Positions 26,797-35,446 of a stretch of DNA of 64,000 nt are shown here, piece after piece. Under the pieces are notes generated by a model. It saw nothing but the letters and a program-made list of their open reading frames with translations, was not told where the DNA came from and did no database searches. Position 1 is the stretch's first letter. Each line of letters begins with the position of its first letter. The stretch is from positions 248,001 to 312,000 of IMG/VR virus record IMGVR_UViG_3300020477_000990, one strand, 5' to 3'. The translations under genes and the position numbers were made by a program.

Positions 26797-27350
26797 AAAA
26801 GCATTTCATTAGAAGAAACAACAAACCAACGGTATTATTAAACTCTGCAATTACCTTTCCAGAAATTAGGTTAATTGATCCAGATGGACAATTTATTGGA
26901 ATAGTTCGAAATCAAGAAGCACATCAAAAAGCCAGAGATGCAGGATTAGATTTAATTTGTATTGCCGATAAGGCAAGTCCTCCTGTTTGCCGTATTATGG
27001 ACTTTGGTAAATGGAATTATGAAAAACAAAAAGCCGATAAGGAAAAGAAAAAGAAAGAACGAGCTAATCGAATTGAATTGCATGAAGTACAATTAAGACC
27101 AGGAACAGATGTTCATGATCTTAAAGTTAAATTAAAAAAAGTACAAGAATTTATAGATGATGGAGATAAAGTAAAAATGGTAATGAAGTTACGAGGTAGA
27201 GAAATTGGGCAAGGAACTATGTTTGTAGATCAATTAAAAGTTATGGTTGCTGGCCAATTAGAATTAGGTAAATTTGATTCTCCACCAAAGCAGTTTGGTA
27301 ATAAAATTATTGCAACAGTTTCTAAACAAAATGAGAAAAAAAATGCTTGA
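26793..27350 (+). CDS. infC: translation initiation factor IF-3
   Basis: [39 protein letters not shown]; GTG start after GGAG. Confidence 0.93.
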   Translation: MKKHFIRRNNKPTVLLNSAITFPEIRLIDPDGQFIGIVRNQEAHQKARDAGLDLICIADKASPPVCRIMDFGKWNYEKQKADKEKKKKERANRIELHEVQLRPGTDVHDLKVKLKKVQEFIDDGDKVKMVMKLRGREIGQGTMFVDQLKVMVAGQLELGKFDSPPKQFGNKIIATVSKQNEKKNA

Positions 27351-27374
27351 CAATAATCTAAATTATGTTATTAT
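27347..27374 (+). promoter_or_regulatory. sigma70-type promoter TTGACA-N16-TATTAT (TGn), leaderless geometry
   Basis: -10 ends 6 nt before the ATG at 27381. Confidence 0.7.
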
Positions 27375-27380
27375 ATTATT

Positions 27381-27713
27381 ATGAAACACAGTTCTAAACC
27401 AAGAAAGACATTCGAAATAGGAAAGTTTCAAGGTGATCGTCCTAATTGGAAAGATCGTAAAGATAGAAAACCAAGATATGAAAAACTTCCTGGAATGGCA
27501 GTTGCAGTTCAAGATAATAATGTTGAAAAAGCAATAAGACGACTTAAAAAAATGTTACAAAAAGAAGGTATGTTTCAAGAATTACGTGATAGACGATATT
27601 ATGTTAAACCTTCTGAAAAGAAAAGAGTTGCAAAAAAAGCCGCAATAAGAAGAGCCAAAAGAGATAGAAAATTAGAAGAACTTGGTTTACCCCCAAAAAG
27701 ATCAAGATACTAG
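27381..27713 (+). CDS. rpsU: 30S ribosomal protein bS21 with a basic N-terminal extension
   Basis: VQDNNVEKAIRRLKK...EG...ELRDRRYYVKPSEKKR. Confidence 0.92.
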   Translation: MKHSSKPRKTFEIGKFQGDRPNWKDRKDRKPRYEKLPGMAVAVQDNNVEKAIRRLKKMLQKEGMFQELRDRRYYVKPSEKKRVAKKAAIRRAKRDRKLEELGLPPKRSRY

Positions 27714-27717
27714 CATT

Positions 27718-28476
27718 ATGAAAGATAAGATTTCAAAATGGATCAAGGATTATGCCTTGGACCATAATCGCAAAGCATTGGTTGTAGGAATATCAGGTGG
27801 AATAGATTCATCTGTAGTTAGTACTTTGTGTGCTATGACCGGACTACAAACTTATGCAGTATCAATTCCAATTAATCAAATTGAATCACAACATGATTTA
27901 AGTATGGATCATGGATCATGGTTAGAAGAAAATTTTAAAAATGTTACACATCATAATATTGATTTAGATAGATTATATGAAAGATTTTATTTAGATATGA
28001 TGTTTGATTTTAATAATGATATGGCTTTTGCAAATTCAAAATCAAGATTACGAATGGTTACATTACATCAAATATCAGGAGCAACACAAGGTATAGTTGT
28101 AGGCACAGGTAATAAAGTTGAAGATTTTGGTGTAGGATTTTTTACAAAATATGGTGATGGTGGAGTAGATATATCACCAATAGCAGATTTTTATAAAACT
28201 GAAATTTGGCAAATGGGCAAAGAATTAGGCATACTACAAGAAATTATTGATGCTGAACCTACAGATGGATTATGGGAAGATGGAAGAACTGATGCAGATC
28301 AGTTACATGGATTATCATATGAGCAAATGGAACACGCGATGAAAAATGGATCTGATAGTGAGTATTACGATAAATATTTAGAGATACGAAAACCAAACTT
28401 ACATAAAATGAAAGAGATACCGGTATTTAAAAATGATAGAGCACAAACATCTGATAGTAAGGGCAGAAGTAAATAA
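27718..28476 (+). CDS. nadE: NH3-dependent NAD synthetase
   Basis: SGGIDSS, NSKSRLRM, GTGNKVE, FFTKYGDG, PTDGLW. Confidence 0.93.
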   Translation: MKDKISKWIKDYALDHNRKALVVGISGGIDSSVVSTLCAMTGLQTYAVSIPINQIESQHDLSMDHGSWLEENFKNVTHHNIDLDRLYERFYLDMMFDFNNDMAFANSKSRLRMVTLHQISGATQGIVVGTGNKVEDFGVGFFTKYGDGGVDISPIADFYKTEIWQMGKELGILQEIIDAEPTDGLWEDGRTDADQLHGLSYEQMEHAMKNGSDSEYYDKYLEIRKPNLHKMKEIPVFKNDRAQTSDSKGRSK

Positions 28477-28801
28477 CCCACCAACAGATCAAAAATGGGC
28501 CCATACTTGGCTAACAGAGTTAGTGTCTAAAATTGGCATGGAAATATGCCAAGGTCCTATTACAACGTATGTAAATGTACCAGGTAATAGAGGCTTAACC
28601 GGTCTAGTAATTATAGAAACATCACATATAGCATTGCATTGTTGGGATGAAACTGATCCTGGCTTATTACAATTAGATGTTTATACCTGTGGAAGTTTGC
28701 CAACTGATGTTATATTTGAAGAAATTAAACAATTTGATCCTGTTAAAGTTGAATACAAATACTTAAATAGAGAACGAGGTTTAACAGAGATTAATATATA
28801 G
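28433..28801 (+). CDS. speD: S-adenosylmethionine decarboxylase (pyruvoyl type)
   Basis: HKHLI, GLTGLVIIETSHIALHCW, LDVYTC. Confidence 0.85.
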   Translation: MIEHKHLIVRAEVNNPPTDQKWAHTWLTELVSKIGMEICQGPITTYVNVPGNRGLTGLVIIETSHIALHCWDETDPGLLQLDVYTCGSLPTDVIFEEIKQFDPVKVEYKYLNRERGLTEINI

Positions 28802-28876
28802 GCGATTAGCTCAGTTGGTTAGAGCATTCCCTTGATAAGGGAAAGGTCGTAAGTTCGAGTCTTACATCGCCTACCA
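28800..28876 (+). tRNA. tRNA-Ile(GAT)
   Basis: AGGCGAT/ATCGCCT acceptor, TTCCC-ttgataa-GGGAA, CCA. Confidence 0.95.
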
Positions 28877-28877
28877 C

Positions 28878-28953
28878 GGGTGATTAGCTCAGTTGGTAGA
28901 GCACCTCGTTTACACCGAGGGGGTCGTTGGTTCGAGTCCAGCATTACCCACCA
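28878..28953 (+). tRNA. tRNA-Val(TAC)
   Basis: CCTCG-tttacac-CGAGG anticodon arm, TTCGA, CCA. Confidence 0.95.
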
Positions 28954-28954
28954 T

Positions 28955-29031
28955 GGAGTGTTAGCTCAACTGGTTAGAGCACCCGCCTGTCACGCGGGAG
29001 GTTGAGGGTTCGAGTCCCTTACACTCCGCCA
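28955..29031 (+). tRNA. tRNA-Asp(GTC)
   Basis: GGAGTGT/ACACTCC acceptor, CCCGC-ctgtcac-GCGGG, CCA. Confidence 0.96.
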
Positions 29032-29049
29032 TATAAATATTATAAAGCT

Positions 29050-29295
29050 ATGAAAAAAAATATTAATAATATAGAAGATTTAGATTTACGAACTTTACAA
29101 AAAGAAGCCGCAAGAGCTTTAGCATCACATATTGATGGTACTAATAATGGATTAGCAGAAATTAATAAAAAATGCCATCATAATTCTACTATATTTTATA
29201 AAGAAGTTATTAAACTGTATATTGATAAATTTGGCGATTTACCAAGCAAAACAGGACCAGGAAAAGAAGTATCATTAGTGTCCGATAAATACTGA
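29050..29295 (+). CDS. hypothetical protein
   Basis: ATG at 29050 (the track start lies inside tRNA-Asp); TATAAATA at 29032. Confidence 0.55.
   Translation: MKKNINNIEDLDLRTLQKEAARALASHIDGTNNGLAEINKKCHHNSTIFYKEVIKLYIDKFGDLPSKTGPGKEVSLVSDKY
29284..29291 (+). promoter_or_regulatory. late promoter GATAAATA
   Basis: 8 nt before the radical SAM ATG; no SD. Confidence 0.5.
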
Positions 29296-29299
29296 TACT

Positions 29300-30352
29300 A
29301 TGCCATTAAGTCTTAATAATATAAAAAAGTTTGATATTGAAATTACAAATAAATGTAATGCTAGATGTCCAGGATGTATTCGTACGGTAAATGGAGATAC
29401 ACACCCTTTGCTAAAACAAAATATTACTGAATGGTCAATGGAAGATTTTTCTAATTTAATTCCTAAAGATATTATTAATGGTAAAGAGTTTATATTTGGT
29501 GGCACAGTTGATGATCCTTTTATGAATAAAAATATCATACCAATTACAAAATATATTTTAGATAATGGTGGATCAATTGAAATACATACTAATACAGGAG
29601 CAAATACTGAAAAAACATTTAAAGAAATGGGAAGATTAAGTAAAGAGTCTGGAAGGCTATTAGTAATATTTTCTGTAGATGGATTTGAAAAAACAAATCA
29701 TTTATATAGAGTAAATGTTAATTGGAATAAAGTTGTTGAAAATATGAAGGCATATACAATAGCAGAAGGCAACTGTGAATGGGAATATTTAGTTTTTGAT
29801 CATAATTATGATGATATAGAGAAAGCAAGACGATTTGCAAATGATTTAGGAATAAAATTTATATTAAGACAAAATGTAAGAAACAATCATAGTTGGGTTA
29901 GTAAAAGCAAAGTAAAAGAAAAAGGTGAAATAGTAACTAAAGAGTTTGAAGTAAAAACAACCGATAAATTTAAACACCCTGAAACAGAAGAAGTAGTCAA
30001 ATATAATGATAAATTAAAGGTTTCTAAAGAAGAAGGCCAAAGTATATATTGTAAAATGTATCATGATAAAAGTGTATTTGTTGATTGGAACTATAAAGTA
30101 TGGCCATGTTGTTGGTTTGCAACAGAAAATTTTGAACAGCATGAATATTTTCATATGTTGATTGATCAATTTGGAGAAACTTGGAATAGTTTAAGGTATC
30201 ATACTTGGAATGAAATACTAGGCCATGATTATTATTCTAAATTATTATATCAAAGTTGGAATGGTCAACAATCAGATTATTATAATCCTACTTGTTTTAA
30301 GCAATGTGGTGATAATGCATCTAGACAGAGTTATAAAAAAGAACAATTATAG
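29300..30352 (+). CDS. radical SAM enzyme with C-terminal SPASM/twitch domain (subfamily A)
   Basis: EITNKCNARCPGC, SVDG..TNHLYRVNV, WEYLVFDHN, YC...WPCC, CFKQC. Confidence 0.87.
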   Translation: MPLSLNNIKKFDIEITNKCNARCPGCIRTVNGDTHPLLKQNITEWSMEDFSNLIPKDIINGKEFIFGGTVDDPFMNKNIIPITKYILDNGGSIEIHTNTGANTEKTFKEMGRLSKESGRLLVIFSVDGFEKTNHLYRVNVNWNKVVENMKAYTIAEGNCEWEYLVFDHNYDDIEKARRFANDLGIKFILRQNVRNNHSWVSKSKVKEKGEIVTKEFEVKTTDKFKHPETEEVVKYNDKLKVSKEEGQSIYCKMYHDKSVFVDWNYKVWPCCWFATENFEQHEYFHMLIDQFGETWNSLRYHTWNEILGHDYYSKLLYQSWNGQQSDYYNPTCFKQCGDNASRQSYKKEQL

Positions 30353-30354
30353 AC

Positions 30355-30382
30355 TTGACAAAAATATAATTGATGCTATTAT
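30355..30382 (+). promoter_or_regulatory. sigma70-type promoter TTGACA-N16-TATTAT (TGn), leaderless geometry
   Basis: -10 ends 6 nt before the ATG at 30389. Confidence 0.7.
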
Positions 30383-30388
30383 TATATT

Positions 30389-30634
30389 ATGAACAATTTA
30401 GAAATACAAAATAAACAATTAGCTTATGCTTGTATAGATCGTTTAGGTGGAGAAGCAGAAGGATACGAAGTACGTAAACTTTCTGGAATAGAAGAAGATC
30501 CACGAATTAACTATAATGGCCTAAATACACAAATAGCCCTAAGAGGACTAGAAAAAGAAGGCATTATACATAGAACAAAACGAAATACAAGACAAGTTAC
30601 TTGGCATATTACAAAGAAAAAAAGAATTATTTAA
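30389..30634 (+). CDS. small hypothetical protein, possible winged-helix DNA binder
   Basis: ALRGLEKEGIIHR...VTWHI pattern. Confidence 0.5.
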   Translation: MNNLEIQNKQLAYACIDRLGGEAEGYEVRKLSGIEEDPRINYNGLNTQIALRGLEKEGIIHRTKRNTRQVTWHITKKKRII

Positions 30635-30648
30635 GTAATTTTAAAAAA

Positions 30649-30666
30649 AAGAGCTTTTTGGCTCTT
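30649..30666 (+). terminator. hairpin AAGAGC-tttttg-GCTCTT flanked by A and T tracts
   Basis: 6-bp stem seen directly. Confidence 0.4.
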
Positions 30667-30720
30667 GACTTTTTAAAAATAGTGCTTATATAATAATATA
30701 CAACATTAGTTGTATAAATA
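30664..30720 (+). promoter_or_regulatory. stacked promoters for hsp20-dnaK: RpoH-like CTTG-N17-CTTATAT, sigma70-like TTGACT-N18-TATAAT and late TATAAATA
   Basis: motifs at 30664-30691, 30665-30694 and 30713-30720. Confidence 0.55.
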
Positions 30721-30721
30721 T

Positions 30722-30775
30722 ATGTGTAGATTGCTATGATAGGATCTACATATTAAAACTTGCTTAAAGGAGGAG
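30722..30775 (+). ncRNA. tandem ROSE-like RNA thermometer hairpins
   Basis: TTGCT..AGGA occurs twice; the second copy pairs with the SD. Confidence 0.5.
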
Positions 30776-30780
30776 TTAAA

Positions 30781-31224
30781 ATGACTAGAAATCTATCTAT
30801 TTTTAATCAGTTACGTCCAGTAACTGTAGGGTTCGATAATATATTTGATCACTTTGAAAGAATGTTTGACGGAGACGTTATGAACATTCCACAGGTTAAT
30901 TATCCACCATATAATATCGTAAAGACAGGTGAAAACACCTACGATATTGAATTAGCATTAGCAGGATTCAGCAAAAATGATATTGATGTTGAATACGAGA
31001 ATAATGTATTAACTGTAAAATCAATCAAAAAAGCAGAAACCGTACAAGAAGGAAACAATGGAATGTTACATCAAGGTATTTCCAAAAGAATGTTTTCTAA
31101 ATCTTTTACTGTTTCAGATGATGTTGAAGTTAAAGGTGCAGAACTTAAAGATGGTTTGCTTAAAGTTTCTTTGGAAAGAATTATTCCAGAATCTAAAAAG
31201 CCAAGAACTATCAAAATTAAGTAA
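30781..31224 (+). CDS. small heat-shock protein Hsp20 (IbpA-like)
   Basis: YPPYNI, IELALAGF, LHQGISKRMF, AELKDGLLKV; AGGAGGAG SD. Confidence 0.95.
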   Translation: MTRNLSIFNQLRPVTVGFDNIFDHFERMFDGDVMNIPQVNYPPYNIVKTGENTYDIELALAGFSKNDIDVEYENNVLTVKSIKKAETVQEGNNGMLHQGISKRMFSKSFTVSDDVEVKGAELKDGLLKVSLERIIPESKKPRTIKIK

Positions 31225-31252
31225 TTAACAGGAAAGGAGATATATTAGAACC

Positions 31253-33145
31253 ATGAGTAAAATAATTGGTATTGACTTAGGTACAACAAACTCTTGCGTA
31301 TCCATTATGGAAGGTAAGGGAGCCAAAGTTATAGAAAATGCAGAAGGTACTAGAACAACACCATCTGTAGTATCGTTTGGAGATGAACGATTAGTAGGTA
31401 CACCAGCAAAAAGACAGGCTGTTACAAATCCTACTAATACGGTTTTTGCTTCTAAACGTTTAATAGGAAGAAAATTTGATGGAGATTCTGTACAAAAAGA
31501 CATACAGACATCACCATTTAAAATTGTAAAGGCGGAAAATGGAGATGCTTGGGTAGAAGCTAACAACGAAAAATACTCACCATCACAAATTTCGGCTTTC
31601 GTTCTTCAAAAAATGAAAGAAACAGCAGAAAAGTATTTAGGACAAGAAGTAACTAAAGCGGTTATTACTGTTCCTGCGTACTTTAACGATTCACAAAGAC
31701 AAGCAACTAAAGATGCAGGTAAAATTGCAGGACTTGAAGTTGAAAGAATTGTGAATGAACCAACTGCGGCGGCACTTGCCTACGGTTTAGATAAGAAAAA
31801 AACTGGTACGGTTGCTGTATATGACTTAGGTGGAGGTACTTTTGATATTTCTATTTTAGAAATAGGTGACGGAGTATTTGAAGTTAAGTCAACAAATGGT
31901 GATACATCATTGGGTGGTGAAGATTTTGACAATGCATTAGTAGATTATATACTTGCAGAGTTCAAAAAAGACTCAGGTGTAGACTTAAGAAATGATAATC
32001 TTGCACTTCAACGTGTAAGAGAGGCGGCAGAAAAGGCAAAATGTGAATTATCATCTGCAACACAAACAGATATTAGTTTACCATTTATTACTGCTGACAA
32101 ATCTGGACCAAAACATTTAAATCTTAAATTAACAAGAGCTAAATTTGAATCATTGGTTGATGATCTAGTTGATAGAACATTGCAACCATGTAAACAAGCT
32201 CTAAAAGATTCAGGATTTAGTGCTGGAGACATTAGTGAAGTTATTCTTGTAGGTGGTATGACAAGAATGCCTAAAGTTCAAAAAGCAGTTCAAGACTTTT
32301 TTGGTAAAGAACCAAATAAAAGTGTAAATCCAGATGAAGTAGTAGCAATTGGAGCCGCAATTCAAGGTGGTGTATTACAAGGTGATGTTAAAGATGTGTT
32401 ACTTTTAGATGTAACACCATTATCACTTGGTATTGAAACACTTGGAGGTGTATGCACGAAGCTAATTGAAAAGAATACAACTATTCCTACAAAGAAAAGT
32501 CAAGTATTCTCAACTGCTGATGATGGTCAAACGGCAGTTACTATTAGAGTAATGCAAGGTGAACGTGAAATGGCCGCTGATAATAAGTTACTAGGTAACT
32601 TTGACTTGGTAGGTATTGCATCTGCACCAAGAGGTGTACCTCAAATTGAAGTAACATTTGATATTGATGCTAATGGTATCGTAAATGTTAGTGCAAAAGA
32701 CAAAGGTACTGGCAAAGAACAAAAGATACAAATACAAGCATCAGGTGGATTAAGTGAAACTGAAATCGATAAGATGGTAAAAGACGCTGAAGCCAATAAA
32801 GAAGCAGATAAAAAGAAAAGAGAAGAAGTAGATGTTAAGAATCAAGCAGATACAATGATTCATTCTACTGAAAAAACTCTTAAAGAACATGGCGATAAGT
32901 TATCAACAGAAGATAAAAAGAAAGTTGAAGACGACTTGACTGCATTAAAAGATGTAATATCTTCTGGAAATAGCGAAACAATTAAGGATAAAATTAAATC
33001 TTTAACTGAATCAGCTATGAAGTTAGGTGAAGCTGTATATAAAGATCAGCAACAACAAACATCTAATAATAATGAAAATGCTTCTAACGATGCAAAAAAC
33101 AACGATAATGTTGTTGATGCAGACTTTGAAGAAGTTAAGAAATAA
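31253..33145 (+). CDS. dnaK: Hsp70 chaperone DnaK
   Basis: [39 protein letters not shown]-type linker region, C-terminal DADFEEV. Confidence 0.98.
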   Translation: MSKIIGIDLGTTNSCVSIMEGKGAKVIENAEGTRTTPSVVSFGDERLVGTPAKRQAVTNPTNTVFASKRLIGRKFDGDSVQKDIQTSPFKIVKAENGDAWVEANNEKYSPSQISAFVLQKMKETAEKYLGQEVTKAVITVPAYFNDSQRQATKDAGKIAGLEVERIVNEPTAAALAYGLDKKKTGTVAVYDLGGGTFDISILEIGDGVFEVKSTNGDTSLGGEDFDNALVDYILAEFKKDSGVDLRNDNLALQRVREAAEKAKCELSSATQTDISLPFITADKSGPKHLNLKLTRAKFESLVDDLVDRTLQPCKQALKDSGFSAGDISEVILVGGMTRMPKVQKAVQDFFGKEPNKSVNPDEVVAIGAAIQGGVLQGDVKDVLLLDVTPLSLGIETLGGVCTKLIEKNTTIPTKKSQVFSTADDGQTAVTIRVMQGEREMAADNKLLGNFDLVGIASAPRGVPQIEVTFDIDANGIVNVSAKDKGTGKEQKIQIQASGGLSETEIDKMVKDAEANKEADKKKREEVDVKNQADTMIHSTEKTLKEHGDKLSTEDKKKVEDDLTALKDVISSGNSETIKDKIKSLTESAMKLGEAVYKDQQQQTSNNNENASNDAKNNDNVVDADFEEVKK

Positions 33146-33157
33146 TTAGCTATACAA

Positions 33158-33187
33158 AATCCCCGGTAATTTTTTTTGCTGGGGATT
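33158..33187 (+). terminator. GC-rich hairpin after dnaK
   Basis: AATCCCC/GGGGATT inverted repeat. Confidence 0.5.
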
Positions 33188-33252
33188 CTCTTGAATAACG
33201 ATAAATACTTTAGAATATAAGAATTAGTTTCCGAAAAGGGCTTTTAAGTAAA

Positions 33253-33816
33253 ATGGATTTTTTAAAAATAAAAAAACACGGGATATTTTTGAAATGGTGG
33301 TGGTTTTTCTGCTTATTATTTGCGGCAACCGTACTATTAATTAATTTTGAAGTACATGAATTACTATGGGATCAAGATAGAACCAAATTATCATTCTTTA
33401 TTTTATCTATTTTCTATGCAATGACAGTACATTGTGGATATGAAAGTTGGAAATTAAGTAAATTAGCAAATGGAGATATAAAAAATCTTCCAAATTTAGA
33501 TACAAGGCACGAACCAGGTTGGTTTGCATCTGACATTTTATTAACATTAGGTCTAATTGGAACAGTATCAGGATTTATTTTAATGTTAGCTGGGGCTTTT
33601 AGTGGAATTAATATTTCTGATGTATCATCAGTACAAACTGCATTAGCAAGAATGGCAGTAGGAATGTCAACAGCATTATATACAACGTTGACAGGTTTGA
33701 TAACTAGTACAATTTTAAAATTTCAATATTTTAGATTAGATCAAGACTTAGAGAGGTATAGACAGAGACAGGCATCAAGCCTAATAGAACAGGTTGTTGA
33801 AAACCAAAAGGAATAG
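33253..33816 (+). CDS. MotA/TolQ/ExbB-family proton-channel subunit
   Basis: four TM segments; LGLIGTVSGF and GMSTALYTTLTGL motifs; GATAAATA at 33200. Confidence 0.8.
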   Translation: MDFLKIKKHGIFLKWWWFFCLLFAATVLLINFEVHELLWDQDRTKLSFFILSIFYAMTVHCGYESWKLSKLANGDIKNLPNLDTRHEPGWFASDILLTLGLIGTVSGFILMLAGAFSGINISDVSSVQTALARMAVGMSTALYTTLTGLITSTILKFQYFRLDQDLERYRQRQASSLIEQVVENQKE

Positions 33817-33819
33817 TCA

Positions 33820-34527
33820 ATGTCAAATTTACGTCGCCATCGTAGTTACGGATCACAAGTTGCTTTTATAGATTTATTATTCAACACTCTTGTTGGATTT
33901 GTATTTTTATTTGTAATGGCGTTCATATTAATTAATCCAGTTGCTAAAAAATCTAATGTTGAATTAAATGCAGAATTTATTATTACAATGAAATGGCCGA
34001 AAAAAGCAGAAGATGATGTAGACCTTTGGGTAAGAGATCCTTTAGGAAATACAGCTGGATTTAAATCTAAAGATGTTGGACTTATGAGTTTAGATAGAGA
34101 TGATTTAGGTGGTGCCAATGATACAGTTATTGGTGCAGATGGTAAAGCAATTAAAGTATATAATAATGAAGAGCATATGACAATTAGAGGAATTATACCA
34201 GGAGAGTATATTGTTAACGTTCACTTGTATGCCAAAAAAGCAGAAAAACAAGTTAAAAGTAAAAGTAAATACTATCCTAGTATACCGGTAACTGTTACAG
34301 TAGAAAAATTAAATCCATACGGAATTGTAACAGTTAGAGAAATTATATTAACGAAAAAAGGACAAGAAATTACGGCAGTTAGATTTACAGTAGATGATCA
34401 AGGTAAGATTACGAACATAAATCAATTGCCATATCAAATGATTATTAATCCATATTCTGGCACAGATGATGGAATTGGAAGTAGTCATGGAGCCGCGGCA
34501 AACACAGAATATTTTGGAGCACCATAA
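33820..34527 (+). CDS. ExbD/TolR/MotB-like single-TM subunit with a YfaP/DUF2135-like periplasmic domain
   Basis: AFIDLLFNTLVGFVFLF (Asp in the TM), W...DDVDLWVRDP.G, PGEYIVNVHLY. Confidence 0.65.
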   Translation: MSNLRRHRSYGSQVAFIDLLFNTLVGFVFLFVMAFILINPVAKKSNVELNAEFIITMKWPKKAEDDVDLWVRDPLGNTAGFKSKDVGLMSLDRDDLGGANDTVIGADGKAIKVYNNEEHMTIRGIIPGEYIVNVHLYAKKAEKQVKSKSKYYPSIPVTVTVEKLNPYGIVTVREIILTKKGQEITAVRFTVDDQGKITNINQLPYQMIINPYSGTDDGIGSSHGAAANTEYFGAP

Positions 34528-34529
34528 TT

Positions 34530-35096
34530 ATGATACAAGGGCATATATTTTTAGTACTACTTTTAATGATCATAGGAGCAACAGTTCTATGGACATTTAT
34601 ATCTTCATCTGGAAGTAAATGGAGTATAAAAGCAGTAATGACATTATTGGTTATATTAGCAATTTTAAGTTCTTGGGTTGGATTAAAAACAATGTATGGA
34701 TATCCATACGATTCATATCCAAATCATGGAAAGTATTTTTTAATAGGCCAACACGTTAAAGAGCCAAATATTAAAACTGGTGATCCTGGAGCAATTTATG
34801 TATGGTTAATTATTAGAGAGGCCAATGAAGAAAATTTAACTTGGGTAGATAAGTTAAGTGATCTATTTAATGGTAGACAACCGCGTGTTTATGCTATACA
34901 ATATAATAGACAAATGCATGAAGAATTACAAAAGATTGATGAGGAAAGAAGAGGGCAACCTTTTCCGATAACTATTGCATCTGAAGAAGCAAAAGAAAGA
35001 GGCGAAGCACATCAAGGTAATGATCGTGAAGAAAGGCAAAAATTTGTACCGTATGTTTTACCAGATACGGTTCTAATTGAAAAAAATGTAAATTAA
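34530..35096 (+). CDS. two-TM membrane protein, third gene of the motor module
   Basis: two N-terminal hydrophobic helices, soluble C-terminus. Confidence 0.6.
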   Translation: MIQGHIFLVLLLMIIGATVLWTFISSSGSKWSIKAVMTLLVILAILSSWVGLKTMYGYPYDSYPNHGKYFLIGQHVKEPNIKTGDPGAIYVWLIIREANEENLTWVDKLSDLFNGRQPRVYAIQYNRQMHEELQKIDEERRGQPFPITIASEEAKERGEAHQGNDREERQKFVPYVLPDTVLIEKNVN

Positions 35097-35107
35097 AAGG
35101 ATAAAAT

Positions 35108-35431
35108 ATGACAGAATCAGGTAACGCAAACGCATCAGCAAATATACAAACAACAACTAGTGTTCAAACAGATTTAAATGAACCTAGCAAGTATAATGTT
35201 ATTTTATTAAATGATGATTATACGCCTATGGACTTTGTTACTGATATTTTAACTACAATCTTTAGAAAAACAAAAGAACAGGCTGAAGCAGTTATGTTAA
35301 AAATTCATGAGAATGGTAAAGGCGTTGCCGGCAGTTATGTATTTGAAATAGCAGAACAAAAAGCAATTGAAACTACAGCAAAAGCGAGGTCGCAAGGACA
35401 TCCGCTTAATTGTACAGTTGAAAAAGAATAA
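35108..35431 (+). CDS. clpS: N-degron adaptor ClpS
   Basis: YNVILLNDDYTPMDFV, MLKIHENGKGVAG, IAEQK, PLNCTVE. Confidence 0.95.
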   Translation: MTESGNANASANIQTTTSVQTDLNEPSKYNVILLNDDYTPMDFVTDILTTIFRKTKEQAEAVMLKIHENGKGVAGSYVFEIAEQKAIETTAKARSQGHPLNCTVEKE

Positions 35432-35446
35432 TAATAAGGAATAAAA

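Noticed and set aside
29002-29049. Track start of ORF 29002-29295
   Set aside because: It lies inside tRNA-Asp; the ATG at 29050 after a late promoter is preferred.
33253-35096. Zorya defence system
   Set aside because: The MotA-like protein is short with no long ZorA tail, the partner lacks an OmpA-like domain, and no zorC/D/E genes are adjacent.
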